A DNA stretch of 64,000 bases from Comamonadaceae bacterium (GTDB taxonomy: Bacteria; Pseudomonadota; Gammaproteobacteria; Burkholderiales; Burkholderiaceae_C). The notes under the pieces are model-generated. The model made no database searches and was not told the DNA's origin. It saw only the letters and a list, made by a program, of their open reading frames with translations. Location: assembly GCA_947454955.1 (NCBI GenBank), contig CANGLW010000007.1, positions 28,915-92,914 of the forward strand. Reading direction: 5' to 3'. The position numbers and the translations under genes were made by a program. Shown in pieces: positions 52,801 through 61,596 of this stretch (positions are counted from its first letter, which is position 1; the number at the start of each line of letters is the position of its first letter).

Positions 52801-52893
52801 TCACTTCTTGTTCTTGGGGCGGTTGAGCCAGTTGGCCAGCACGAACACGCAGAACACGCCGAACATCAGGATGATGACATTTTGAACGCTCAT
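52801..52893 (-). CDS. unannotated 30-aa single-TM peptide ORF downstream of pucC
   Basis: MSVQNVIILMFGVFCVFVLANWLNRPKNKK. AAGGAG lies 5 nt upstream of the ATG (52891-52893). The ORF starts 28 nt after the pucC stop and is followed by the terminator at 52745-52775. It is below the ORF-track size cutoff. Confidence 0.45.
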   Translation of the reverse strand: MSVQNVIILMFGVFCVFVLANWLNRPKNKK

Positions 52894-52921
52894 GGGAACT
52901 CCTTGTGGATGGGTAAGTGCA

Positions 52922-54277
52922 TTATCGCGATATTAATGGCCGAATCAGCCAAAGGGTCAACATCAGCAGCAGTATTTCCAGACCATAGACCACGCTGTAG
53001 CCCGAAGCGCTGCCCACCGCCAGGGTGAGCACGTCGCGGAAAATACCACCCAAAGCCATGCCCAAACCGCCGGCGGTGGCTTGCGCAGCACCCCACGCGC
53101 CCAGGGCCAGGCCCACTTGTTCTTTGGGGGCCATTTGCATGGTGTTGGTCAGTGTGCCGTGGCCAAACAGGCCGCCGCCCAGACCAATCAAAAACACACC
53201 CACGCCAAAAACCCATACAGATAACCAGGGTGCGGCCAAAATCACCGCGGCAAACGCTGGGATGCCCACACGCGCACCCAGGCGGGCCATGCGCATCGGG
53301 TCCACGCCCCGCGCCAGCACTTTGGAGGCCCAGGCAAAGCCCATCAAGCCGCCTCCTGCCAGTGTGGCGGTGAGCAGGGTGGTGGCTGACACGCTCATGC
53401 CCAACACCTCGCCGCCATAAGGCTCCAGCAGCACGTCTTCCATGGTGAAGGCCATGGTGCCCACCGCCACCACTGCCATGCGGCGTATCGCGTGTTGGCC
53501 TTGGCTAAAGCTGGCCCAGACTTCTGAAAAACTGCCCTCGGTGGGTGTGCCGGGTTTGCGCATGCGGCTACGGGCTTCTTGCTTCCACACCGCCACCACA
53601 TTGAGCACCATGGTGGTCAGCGCTGTGCCTTGCACCACCTGAATGAGTTGGCCCGGGCTGTATTCAGCCAGCAATTGCCCAAACACCAAGGCGCTGAAAA
53701 TCATGCCCACCAGGAGCATCACGTACATCAGGCCCACCACTTTGGGGTGGTCTTGTTGTGGGGCCAAATCGGTGGCCAGGGCCAGGCCCACGGTTTGGGT
53801 GGTGTGGATGCCTGCACCCACCAGCAAAAATGCCACCGCAGCGCCCATTTGCCCAACCCAAGCTGGCGCGCTGTGCGACTGGCCCGCACCGGCCAACACC
53901 AACAAGGCAAAAGGCATGATGGCAAAGCCACCGAATTGCAAAAGCGTGCCCATCCAGATGTAAGGCACACGGCGCCAACCCAACTCAGAGCGGTGGTTGT
54001 CTGACTTGAAGCCAATCAGGGCGCGTGCGGGGGCGAAGAGCAGGGGCAGCGAGACCATGATGGCCACCAGGGCTGCGGGCACTTTGAGCTCCACAATCAT
54101 CACCCGGTTGAGCGTGCCCACCAGCATGACCATGGCCATGCCGACTGAAATTTGAAACAAGGAAAGCCGGAGCAAACGGCTCAACGGCAAGTTGTCCGAC
54201 GCGGCGTCGGCAAAGGGCAAAAAACGCGTGCCCAGGGTCACCCAGCTGTGTGCGAGTTTTCGGGGTTGGGTGGACAT
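52922..54277 (-). CDS. pucC: BCD-family MFS protein PucC/LhaA (light-harvesting complex assembly)
   Basis: 12-TM MFS. The N-terminus ...FLPFADAASDNLPLSRLLRLSLFQISVGMA.V.L.GTLNRVMIVEL matches my memory of the PucC/LhaA/Bch2 family. It is directly downstream of the antenna genes. Confidence 0.85.
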   Translation of the reverse strand: MSTQPRKLAHSWVTLGTRFLPFADAASDNLPLSRLLRLSLFQISVGMAMVMLVGTLNRVMIVELKVPAALVAIMVSLPLLFAPARALIGFKSDNHRSELGWRRVPYIWMGTLLQFGGFAIMPFALLVLAGAGQSHSAPAWVGQMGAAVAFLLVGAGIHTTQTVGLALATDLAPQQDHPKVVGLMYVMLLVGMIFSALVFGQLLAEYSPGQLIQVVQGTALTTMVLNVVAVWKQEARSRMRKPGTPTEGSFSEVWASFSQGQHAIRRMAVVAVGTMAFTMEDVLLEPYGGEVLGMSVSATTLLTATLAGGGLMGFAWASKVLARGVDPMRMARLGARVGIPAFAAVILAAPWLSVWVFGVGVFLIGLGGGLFGHGTLTNTMQMAPKEQVGLALGAWGAAQATAGGLGMALGGIFRDVLTLAVGSASGYSVVYGLEILLLMLTLWLIRPLISR

Positions 54278-54283
54278 AGAAAT

Positions 54284-54309
54284 GGGTCGGGGCCTTGCAA
54301 CCCCGACCC
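54284..54309 (-). promoter_or_regulatory. intercistronic stable hairpin between pucA and pucC
   Basis: Perfect 9-bp GC-rich stem GGGTCGGGG / CCCCGACCC with an 8-nt loop. On the coding strand it is followed by AUUUCU. Confidence 0.55.
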
Positions 54310-54323
54310 GAGTGCGGGAAGCG

Positions 54324-54512
54324 TTACTTCTTCGCCGCGTCTGCAGGCGCCGTCACAGCAGCTTTAACGCCACCGTTCAAGAAGCCTTTGACCCAGGTCG
54401 TGTTGGACACGATGGCCAGGTGCACGCTGAAGGAACCGATCGCCACGGCAGCCAGGAACACTGGGATGCCGACGGATGGTTTCACAACACACCACATTTT
54501 GGAATAAATCAT
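54324..54512 (-). CDS. pucA: light-harvesting (LH2-type) alpha polypeptide
   Basis: MIYSKMWCVVKPSVGIPVFLAAVAIGSFSVHLAIVSNTTW... has one TM helix with the BChl-ligand His and an Ala/Pro-rich C-terminal tail. It closely resembles Rubrivivax gelatinosus PucA as I remember it. GGGAG RBS. Confidence 0.8.
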   Translation of the reverse strand: MIYSKMWCVVKPSVGIPVFLAAVAIGSFSVHLAIVSNTTWVKGFLNGGVKAAVTAPADAAKK

Positions 54513-54524
54513 GATGCGCTCCCT

Positions 54525-54677
54525 TTACTTCAGCCAGGGTGAGTAGATATAGGCCAGCAAATGCGCGAATGCAGCAATCATTCCGAATATTTGCGTGCCC
54601 TGGATGAGGTTGCGGTGCACCTCTTCCGATTCGGCCTCGGTCAATCCCGTGGGCCAGACTTTGTCTTTATCAGACAT
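54525..54677 (-). CDS. pucB: light-harvesting (LH2-type) beta polypeptide, 50 aa, absent from ORF track
   Basis: Hand translation: MSDKDKVWPTGLTEAESEEVHRNLIQGTQIFGMIAAFAHLLAYIYSPWLK. It shows the conserved E-E-x-H and AHLL....PWL antenna-beta signatures. AAGGAG RBS lies upstream of the ATG (54675-54677). Confidence 0.8.
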   Translation of the reverse strand: MSDKDKVWPTGLTEAESEEVHRNLIQGTQIFGMIAAFAHLLAYIYSPWLK

Positions 54678-54783
54678 AGTTTGTTCTCCTTAGTTAAGAA
54701 GCTCACAAACGTGCTTAAACCCGCACGAGGGCACTTCACAACCACCTTTGATTGCAAAGCAGCCGGGCTGGAACCCCGCTACC

Positions 54784-54827
54784 TGTAATCTAGACCTTAC
54801 TGCTATTAATGTCAATTAGATAAGACA
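54784..54827 (-). promoter_or_regulatory. puc promoter with paired PpsR/CrtJ-type palindromes
   Basis: In gene orientation the sequence reads TGTCTTATCTAATTGACA (perfect TGT-N12-ACA, 54810-54827), an 8-bp spacer, then AGTAAGGTCTAGATTACA (half-degenerate, 54784-54801). TTGACA (54810-54815), 17 nt, then TAGATT (54787-54792) forms a sigma70-like -35/-10 embedded in the two sites. Confidence 0.5.
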
Positions 54828-54876
54828 CATCGGTCTGTCAAGCGGGTAAATCAAGGGGTTGGTGGTAAAAAACTGA

Positions 54877-54912
54877 CAAAAAAGGCCTGCAAAACAGGTT
54901 TGCAGGCCTTTT
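54877..54912 (-). terminator. rho-independent terminator of fabI
   Basis: AGGCCTGCAAA-acag-GTTTGCAGGCCT stem. On the minus strand it is followed by TTTTTT. Confidence 0.65.
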
Positions 54913-54980
54913 CAAGGGGTTCGGAGATCAGCTTGGTCGACAAGCCACACCAAATTTGACAGGTAACTGAGTTAGATCAC

Positions 54981-55784
54981 TTACCCGCCAGCAGGAACAT
55001 CAGGCTCGGCAATGCCGCCCACCACTTGGCTGAAACCGCCGTCCACATAGGTGATTTCGGCGCTCACGCCGCCTGCCAAATCGCTAAGCAAAAAGGCAGC
55101 CACATTGCCCACGTCTTCAATGGTGACGTTGCGGCGAATCGGGGAGGCTTCGGCCACCACATTCAAAATTTTGCCGAAGCCCTTGATGCCGCTGGCTGCC
55201 AAAGTTTTGATGGGGCCCGCGCTGATGCCGTTGACGCGCATGCCCTTGGGGCCGAGCGACTCAGCCAGGTAGCGCACCGAGGCTTCCAAACTGGCTTTGG
55301 CCAAACCCATGGTGTTGTAGTTGGGCACGGTGCGAATGGCACCCAAATAGGTGAGCGTGAGCAGCGCCGACTTGGGGTTGAGGTAGGGCAGGGCTGCTTT
55401 GGCCATCGCGGGAAAACTGTAAGCGCTGATGTCGTGCGCAATTTTGAAGCCCTCGCGGCTCAGGCCATCCAAAAAGTCACCGGCAATCGCGTCGCGCGGG
55501 GCGTAGCCGATGCTGTGCACAAAGCCGTCAAAGGTGGGCCAATGGGTGCTGAGGTCTTTGAAAAGCTTGTCGATCTGCGCGTCGTCGCCCACATCGCAAT
55601 CAAAAATCAGCTTGGAGCCAAAGTCAGCCGCAAATTCGGTGATGCGGTCTTTGAATCGTTCGCCCACGTAGCTGAAAGCCAGCTCGGCGCCTTGCTCGTG
55701 GCAGGCTTTGGCGATGCCGTAGGCGATCGAGCGGTTGCTCAAGACGCCGGTGATCAGAAGTTTTTTACCTTGCAGGAAGCCCAT
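54981..55784 (-). CDS. fabI: enoyl-ACP reductase (NADH)
   Basis: [26 protein letters not shown] starts the protein, and the Y...Y..MG.AKA.LE catalytic region is present. 267 aa. Confidence 0.95.
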   Translation of the reverse strand: MGFLQGKKLLITGVLSNRSIAYGIAKACHEQGAELAFSYVGERFKDRITEFAADFGSKLIFDCDVGDDAQIDKLFKDLSTHWPTFDGFVHSIGYAPRDAIAGDFLDGLSREGFKIAHDISAYSFPAMAKAALPYLNPKSALLTLTYLGAIRTVPNYNTMGLAKASLEASVRYLAESLGPKGMRVNGISAGPIKTLAASGIKGFGKILNVVAEASPIRRNVTIEDVGNVAAFLLSDLAGGVSAEITYVDGGFSQVVGGIAEPDVPAGG

Positions 55785-55822
55785 AGTGTTCTCAGGTGAT
55801 CAAAGTTAGGCAGAATTGTCGC

Positions 55823-57754
55823 ATGCGTTCATGGCGAGTCAGTCTGTTGGGGAGAGGCGTACAAGCAAAACCGGGCGGGGCAATCCGTCTGAATGCGCTC
55901 GATCTGCGAGCTGTGTGCATGGGTCTGCTGGGCGCCTGGCTGTGTCTGAGCCTCATGCACCCAGCTTGGGCCGCCCACGCCTACGCACAGTACGGTGACA
56001 TCAAATACCCCGCGGGGTTTTCGCACTTGGCGTATGTGAACCCGCAAGCGCCCAAGGGCGGCGAAATTTCCCTGGTGCCGCCCACGCGCCTGAGCAACTT
56101 TGACAAATACAACCCCTTCACTTTGAAGGGTAGCGCCCCGCCTGCCCTGGGCAGCTTGGTGTTTGAAACCCTGCTGACCGGCACGCTGGACGAGCCCACC
56201 ACGGCTTATGGCTTGCTGGCCAATGACGTGACAGTGGCGGCAGACAAAAAATCAGTCACCTTCACCCTCAACCCCCTGGCCAAGTTCCACAATGGCGAAG
56301 CGGTGTTGGCCACCGATGTGAAGCATTCGTTTGACCGCCTCACCAGCAAAGAAGCCGCGCCGCAGTACCGCACGATTTTTGGCGACATCGCCTCAGCCAC
56401 CGTGGTGGCCGAGCGGGTGGTGCGCTTTGACTTCAAACGCGTCAACCCGGAGTTGCCGCTGATTGCGGGCAGCCTGCCGGTGTTCAGCCAAAAGTGGGGG
56501 GTAGAAGGCGGCAAGGCCAAACCGCTGGACAAAATCATCACCGACACGCCCATCGGGTCTGGCCCCTACAAAATTGGACCGGTCACCTTTGGCAAAGACA
56601 TCACCTATATCCGCGACCCCGCTTACTGGGGGCAAGACTTGAACGTGCGCCGCGGCATGTTCAACTTTGACCGCATCACCTACAAGCTCTACAAAGACAG
56701 CACCGCGCAGCTCGAAGCCTTCAAGGCGGGCGAGTTCGATTACATCCAGGCCTTTGTGGCTCGCGAATGGGCCAGGGCCTATGCCGGCAAACAGTTTGAC
56801 AACGGCACGCTATCGAAAAAAGAGCTGCAACACGGCAACGCCGGGGACTTCCAGGGCTTTTTGTTCAACACCCGCAAGGCCAAGTTTCAAGACGAGCGGG
56901 TGCGCGAAGCCATCACCCTGGCCATGGACTTTGAGTGGATGAACCGCCAGCTGTTCTACAAGGCCTACACCCGGGTGCGCGGTTATTTTGTCGGCAGCGA
57001 CTTCGAAGCCAAGGGCGCGCCGGGTGCGGATGAGCAACGCATCATCGAAGCCCTGCAAGCGCGCTTTGGCACCCATGTGCCTGCGCAAATCATGCAAGAC
57101 GTGCCCTTGCCACCCGCCACGCTGCTTGACCCCGCCAGCGGCAAAACCCTGCGCGACAACCTGCGCCGCGCCCGCGACCTGCTGGCCCAAGCGGGTTGGA
57201 CTTACACCGACGGCGCACTGCGTAACAACCGTGGCGAGCCTTTCACCATCGAGTTTCTGGACAGCTCGGGCTCCATGGGCCGTGTGGTCACGCCTTACGC
57301 CAAAAACCTGGAGAAACTGGGCTTCAAGGTGAATTACAAGGTGATTGACTTTGCCATCCTGCAAAAGCGCATGGACGTGTTTGATTTCGAGATCATCAGC
57401 AACCGCAACGTGGGCAGCGAGTCGCCCGGCACCGAGCTGCTTGAGCGCTTTGGCTCCAAAGCAGCCGACACCGAAGGCTCGGGCAATGTGATCGGCTTGA
57501 AAAACCCTGCGGTCGATGCGCTCCTAGACCAGATCGTGACCGCGCAAACCCGTGATGAACTGATTCCCCGACTGAGGGTTTTAGATCGCGTGCTGCGCTG
57601 GGGACATTACGCGGTGCCGCATTGGTACAGCGGCATTCACCGCGTGGCTTACCGCAACGGCAAGTTTGAACAACCCGCCACCATGCCGCGCTATTACCAA
57701 CCCGAGTTCTGGGTCACCAGCACCTGGTGGGCGGTGCGACCGTCGGAGAAGTGA
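55823..57754 (+). CDS. yejA: ABC transporter substrate-binding protein, family 5 (YejA-like)
   Basis: About 600-aa SBP_bac_5-type protein with a signal peptide (LCLSLMHPAWAAHA). It is the first gene of a yejABEF-like operon. The start is uncertain: 55796 GTG, 55823 ATG or 55919 ATG. Confidence 0.8.
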   Translation: MRSWRVSLLGRGVQAKPGGAIRLNALDLRAVCMGLLGAWLCLSLMHPAWAAHAYAQYGDIKYPAGFSHLAYVNPQAPKGGEISLVPPTRLSNFDKYNPFTLKGSAPPALGSLVFETLLTGTLDEPTTAYGLLANDVTVAADKKSVTFTLNPLAKFHNGEAVLATDVKHSFDRLTSKEAAPQYRTIFGDIASATVVAERVVRFDFKRVNPELPLIAGSLPVFSQKWGVEGGKAKPLDKIITDTPIGSGPYKIGPVTFGKDITYIRDPAYWGQDLNVRRGMFNFDRITYKLYKDSTAQLEAFKAGEFDYIQAFVAREWARAYAGKQFDNGTLSKKELQHGNAGDFQGFLFNTRKAKFQDERVREAITLAMDFEWMNRQLFYKAYTRVRGYFVGSDFEAKGAPGADEQRIIEALQARFGTHVPAQIMQDVPLPPATLLDPASGKTLRDNLRRARDLLAQAGWTYTDGALRNNRGEPFTIEFLDSSGSMGRVVTPYAKNLEKLGFKVNYKVIDFAILQKRMDVFDFEIISNRNVGSESPGTELLERFGSKAADTEGSGNVIGLKNPAVDALLDQIVTAQTRDELIPRLRVLDRVLRWGHYAVPHWYSGIHRVAYRNGKFEQPATMPRYYQPEFWVTSTWWAVRPSEK

Positions 57755-57756
57755 GC

Positions 57757-58791
57757 ATGTGGGCCTACATCTTCAAGCGTTTGTTGCTGATGATCCCCAC
57801 CTTGCTGGGCGTGCTTTTGCTCACCTTCGTGGTGATTCAGTTTGTGCCTGGCGGGCCGGTGGAGCAAATGGTTTCGCAACTGCAGGGCCGCGACACGGGA
57901 GGTGAGGGCGCAGCCGCCAGCGGCGCGGGCTACCGGGGCCGTCAAGGTGTGGACGCGGCGCGCATTGAGGAAATCAAAGCCTTGTACGGCTTTGACAAAC
58001 CTGCCACCGAACGCTTTGTGCAGATGGTCGGGCAGTTTGCGCGGTTTGACTTGGGCAAGAGCTTTTTCTACCCCAAAGATGTGTGGCAGCTGGTCAAAGA
58101 AAAGCTGCCCGTCTCCATCAGCCTGGGGTTGTGGACGTTCTTTTTGAGCTACCTGATTTCTGTGCCACTGGGCATTGCCAAAGCGGTGCGCGCTGGCACC
58201 CGGTTTGACACGCTCACCAGTCTCTTGGTGCTGGTGGGTTACGCCATTCCCGGCTTTGTGCTGGGCGTGGCCTTGCTGGTGGTGTTTGGTGGGCAGCTGC
58301 AGTGGTTTCCGCTGCGCGGGCTGACCTCCAGCAACTGGGAGGCCTTGAGCTGGGGCGCGAAAATCACCGACTACCTGTGGCACATCGCCATGCCCATCAC
58401 CGCCAGTGTGCTGGGGGCGTTTGCGGTGACCACCATGCTCACCAAAAACGCGTTTTTGGAAGAGATACGCAAGCAATACGTGCTAACCGCCCGCGCCAAG
58501 GGCCTGAGCGAAAACAAGGTGCTTTACAAGCATGTGTTTCGCAATGCGCTGATTCCCATCGTCACCGGTTTTCCGGCGGCTTTCATTGGGGCGTTTTTTG
58601 CCGGTTCGCTGTTGATTGAAACCTTGTTTTCTTTGGACGGATTGGGGCTTTTGTCTTACGAGTCCGTCATGCGGCGCGACTATCCCGTTGTGCTCGGTAC
58701 GCTGTATTTGTTCACCTTGATAGGCCTGGTGACCAAGTTGATTTCTGACCTTTGCTACATCTTGGTCGACCCAAGAATCAAGTATGAATGA
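57757..58791 (+). CDS. yejB: ABC transporter permease (YejB-like)
   Basis: MWAYIFKRLLLMIPTLLGV...FVVIQFVPGGP is the typical DppB/YejB N-terminus. ATG at 57757 follows the SBP stop by 2 nt. Confidence 0.9.
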   Translation: MWAYIFKRLLLMIPTLLGVLLLTFVVIQFVPGGPVEQMVSQLQGRDTGGEGAAASGAGYRGRQGVDAARIEEIKALYGFDKPATERFVQMVGQFARFDLGKSFFYPKDVWQLVKEKLPVSISLGLWTFFLSYLISVPLGIAKAVRAGTRFDTLTSLLVLVGYAIPGFVLGVALLVVFGGQLQWFPLRGLTSSNWEALSWGAKITDYLWHIAMPITASVLGAFAVTTMLTKNAFLEEIRKQYVLTARAKGLSENKVLYKHVFRNALIPIVTGFPAAFIGAFFAGSLLIETLFSLDGLGLLSYESVMRRDYPVVLGTLYLFTLIGLVTKLISDLCYILVDPRIKYE

Positions 58792-59848
58792 GGCCTCCAC
58801 GATGAATGTGGCGTCCCCGTCGCCTTCGCCTTCTCCGTCATTGAGGGCCTGGCGGCGCTTCAAGCGAAACCGGCTGGGCTTTTGGAGTTTGGTGCTGTTT
58901 GTCGCGCTGTTTGTGCTGAGCCTGGGCGCTGAGCTCATCAGCCACGACAAGCCCATCGTGGCGCGCTACAACGGCCAGTGGTTTACCCCCATGTTGCAAG
59001 ACGTGCCCGAGACCACATTTGGCGGCGACTTCGCCACGCCCACCGACTTTCTCGACCCATTCATTCAGACGCAGTTTGCCAAGCCTGGCAACTGGGCGCT
59101 GTACCCCATCAACCGCTACCACCACAGCACCATCAACTACTTCGCCAAAGAGCCCAACCCGGCCGCGCCGGGTGCGGACAACTGGCTGGGCACAGACGAC
59201 CGTGGGCGCGATGTGTTCGCACGCCTGCTGTACGGCTTTCGCATCTCGGTGTTGTTCGCGCTGGCCTTGACGGTGTTGGGCGTGTTGCTGGGTGTGGTCA
59301 CTGGGGCGATTCAAGGCTTTGCCGGCGGCAAGACTGATTTGTTGTTTCAGCGTTTCATTGAAATTTGGGGCGCCATGCCCGAGCTGTATTTGCTCATCAT
59401 TTTTGCAGCCATGTTCGACCCCAGCGTGCTGCTGCTGCTGGTCTTACTCAGTCTTTTTGGTTGGATGGGTTTGTCGGACTATGTGCGCGCCGAGTTTTTG
59501 CGCAACCGCCAACTCGACTACGTGCGCGCAGCCAAGGCGCTGGGCTTGTCGAACACCGCCATCATCTGGCGCCATGTGCTGCCCAACAGCTTGACGCCGG
59601 TTGTGACCTTTCTGCCCTTTCGCATGAGCGGGGCGATTTTGGCGCTCACCTCGTTGGACTTTTTGGGCTTGGGTGTGCCACCGGGCACGCCGTCGCTGGG
59701 CGAGTTGCTGGCTCAGGGCAAAAACAACATTGATGCGTGGTGGATTTCGCTCTCCACCTTCGCGGTGCTGGTGCTGACACTCTTGCTGCTGACCTTCATG
59801 GGCGACGCATTGCGCGATGCGCTCGACCCCCGAAAGGCCGACGCATGA
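58784..59848 (+). CDS. yejE: ABC transporter permease (YejE-like)
   Basis: DppC/YejE-like, with FKRNRLGFWS and NWLGTDDRGRDVFARL segments. It overlaps the yejB stop. Confidence 0.9.
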   Translation: MNEASTMNVASPSPSPSPSLRAWRRFKRNRLGFWSLVLFVALFVLSLGAELISHDKPIVARYNGQWFTPMLQDVPETTFGGDFATPTDFLDPFIQTQFAKPGNWALYPINRYHHSTINYFAKEPNPAAPGADNWLGTDDRGRDVFARLLYGFRISVLFALALTVLGVLLGVVTGAIQGFAGGKTDLLFQRFIEIWGAMPELYLLIIFAAMFDPSVLLLLVLLSLFGWMGLSDYVRAEFLRNRQLDYVRAAKALGLSNTAIIWRHVLPNSLTPVVTFLPFRMSGAILALTSLDFLGLGVPPGTPSLGELLAQGKNNIDAWWISLSTFAVLVLTLLLLTFMGDALRDALDPRKADA

Positions 59849-61470
59849 AGCTCTTAGAGGTGCGAGACCTGCAGGTGGCCTTTGGCGGCAAGACCGTGGT
59901 GCATGGCGTGAGCTTTGACATCCAGCAGGGCGAAAAGCTGGCCTTGGTGGGCGAATCGGGCTCGGGCAAAACCGTCACCGCTTTGAGTTTGCTGCGTTTG
60001 TCGGGCGCCAAGCTCATGGGCTCTGCAAAGCTTTTCGGTGCTCAAGCCTCACCAGATGGCCTTGAGTTGCTATCTAGTTCAGAGCAAACGCTGCGCGGCA
60101 TCCGCGGGCGCGACATCGCCATGATCTTCCAAGAGCCGATGACCGCGCTCAACCCGGTGCTGACCATCGGCGACCAAATTGTGGAAGTTCTGACCAACCA
60201 GGGCGTGCCCAAAGCGCAAGCCTGGCAAGAGGCGCTTGGGTGGCTCAAAGACACGGGCATACCCGAGCCTGAGCGGCGCATGAAGGCCTACCCGCACCAG
60301 CTGAGTGGTGGGCAGCGCCAGCGCGCCATGATTGCCATGGCCCTGGCCGGCAAACCCAAACTGCTGCTGGCCGATGAGCCCACCACCGCGCTGGACGTGA
60401 GCCTGCGGGCGCAAATTTTGGAGCTGCTGAACGACCTGCAATGCAAGCACGGCATGGCGGTGCTCATCATCACCCACGACCTGAACCTGGTGCGCCGCTT
60501 CGCCCAACGCGTGGTGGTGATGGAGCAGGGCCGCGTGGTGGAGCAGGGCGCGGTGACCGAGGTCTTCGCCCAACCTCAGCACCCTTACACCCGCCAGTTG
60601 CTGGACAGCGAACCGGTGCGTGATGTGTTGGACGAACCATCCCAAGCAATACCACTTCTGCAAACCAAAAACCTGCGGGTGACTTACCCCATTCCCTTGC
60701 CTGGGTTTCGTGGCTGGTTCAAGCCGGGTGAGTTTGCGGCGGTCAAAAGTGCCAGCTTGAGCTTGCCCCGCGGCCGCACGCTGGGCGTGGTGGGCGAATC
60801 CGGTTCAGGCAAATCCACCCTCGCTTTGGCGGTGTTGGGCTTACAGGCCTTCAGTGGCCAGCTGCAGTTCAGCGCCAGCGACTCGACAACCAACACCAAC
60901 ACCAATACCAACACCTGGGGGCAAAGCCAAGCCGCTGATTTGGCCCTGCGCCGCCGGGTTCAAGTGGTCTTCCAAGACCCGTTTTCATCACTCTCACCTC
61001 GCATGACGGTCGAAGCCCTGGTGGGTGAGGGCCTGTTGGTGCATGACCGAGAGCTGAATGTTGCCCAGCGCCAGGCCAGAGTGATTGAGGCCCTGGCCGA
61101 GGTGGGCATGGATGAGGCGCAGTTTCCTGGCCTTTTGCAACGTTACCCGCATGAATTCTCAGGCGGGCAGCGCCAACGGCTGGCCATTGCCCGCGCTTTG
61201 ATCGTGCGGCCTGAATTGCTGGTGCTTGACGAACCCACCAGCGCGCTGGACGTGACCATTCAAAAACAGGTGCTACAGCTTTTGCAGCGTTTGCAGCGCG
61301 AGCGGGGCTTGAGCTACCTGCTCATCACCCACGATGTGGCGGTGATTCGGGCCATGGCGCACGAGGTCATGGTGATGAAAGACGGCCAAGTGGTGGAGTC
61401 AGGCAGCTGGCAAGTGGTGCTGGACGCGCCCCAGCACCCCTACACCCGCAGCCTGCTGGCCTCGGCTTGA
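59845..61470 (+). CDS. yejF: ABC transporter ATP-binding protein with duplicated ATPase domains (YejF-like)
   Basis: Two Walker A motifs (GESGSGKT and GESGSGKS), two LSGGQRQR signatures and two Walker B motifs. ATGA overlap with yejE. Confidence 0.9.
   Translation: MKLLEVRDLQVAFGGKTVVHGVSFDIQQGEKLALVGESGSGKTVTALSLLRLSGAKLMGSAKLFGAQASPDGLELLSSSEQTLRGIRGRDIAMIFQEPMTALNPVLTIGDQIVEVLTNQGVPKAQAWQEALGWLKDTGIPEPERRMKAYPHQLSGGQRQRAMIAMALAGKPKLLLADEPTTALDVSLRAQILELLNDLQCKHGMAVLIITHDLNLVRRFAQRVVVMEQGRVVEQGAVTEVFAQPQHPYTRQLLDSEPVRDVLDEPSQAIPLLQTKNLRVTYPIPLPGFRGWFKPGEFAAVKSASLSLPRGRTLGVVGESGSGKSTLALAVLGLQAFSGQLQFSASDSTTNTNTNTNTWGQSQAADLALRRRVQVVFQDPFSSLSPRMTVEALVGEGLLVHDRELNVAQRQARVIEALAEVGMDEAQFPGLLQRYPHEFSGGQRQRLAIARALIVRPELLVLDEPTSALDVTIQKQVLQLLQRLQRERGLSYLLITHDVAVIRAMAHEVMVMKDGQVVESGSWQVVLDAPQHPYTRSLLASA
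60886..60915. repeat. imperfect hexanucleotide repeat (AACACC)n inside yejF
   Basis: ACAACC AACACC AACACC AATACC AACACC encodes TTNTNTNTNT, between Walker A and the Q-loop of the second ATPase domain. Confidence 0.85.
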
Positions 61471-61532
61471 AAAAAACCTTATAAATCAAGGGACTTGAAG
61501 CCGTTTTGTTGTACAATGCGAGGATTGCGACC

Positions 61533-61565
61533 AAACGGGCGGAAACCAACCGCCCGTTTTTTTTG
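61533..61565 (+). terminator. rho-independent terminator after the yej operon
   Basis: AAACGGGCGG-aaaccaa-CCGCCCGTTT followed by TTTTTT. Confidence 0.7.
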
Positions 61566-61596
61566 GCCGATCCTTTTTTGAAGTACCCAATTACAC

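Noticed and set aside
54561-54788. 75-aa plus-strand ORF from the track overlapping the puc leader
   Set aside because: It is antisense to the 50-aa pucB, which has a strong RBS and textbook antenna-beta motifs. The plus-strand translation has no features.
61487-61520. TTGAAG ... TACAAT as a promoter for rimP-nusA-infB
   Set aside because: The two hexamers are only 11 nt apart, incompatible with sigma70 spacing. They also lie upstream of the yejF terminator hairpin. No alternative -35 of good quality was found at 17 nt.
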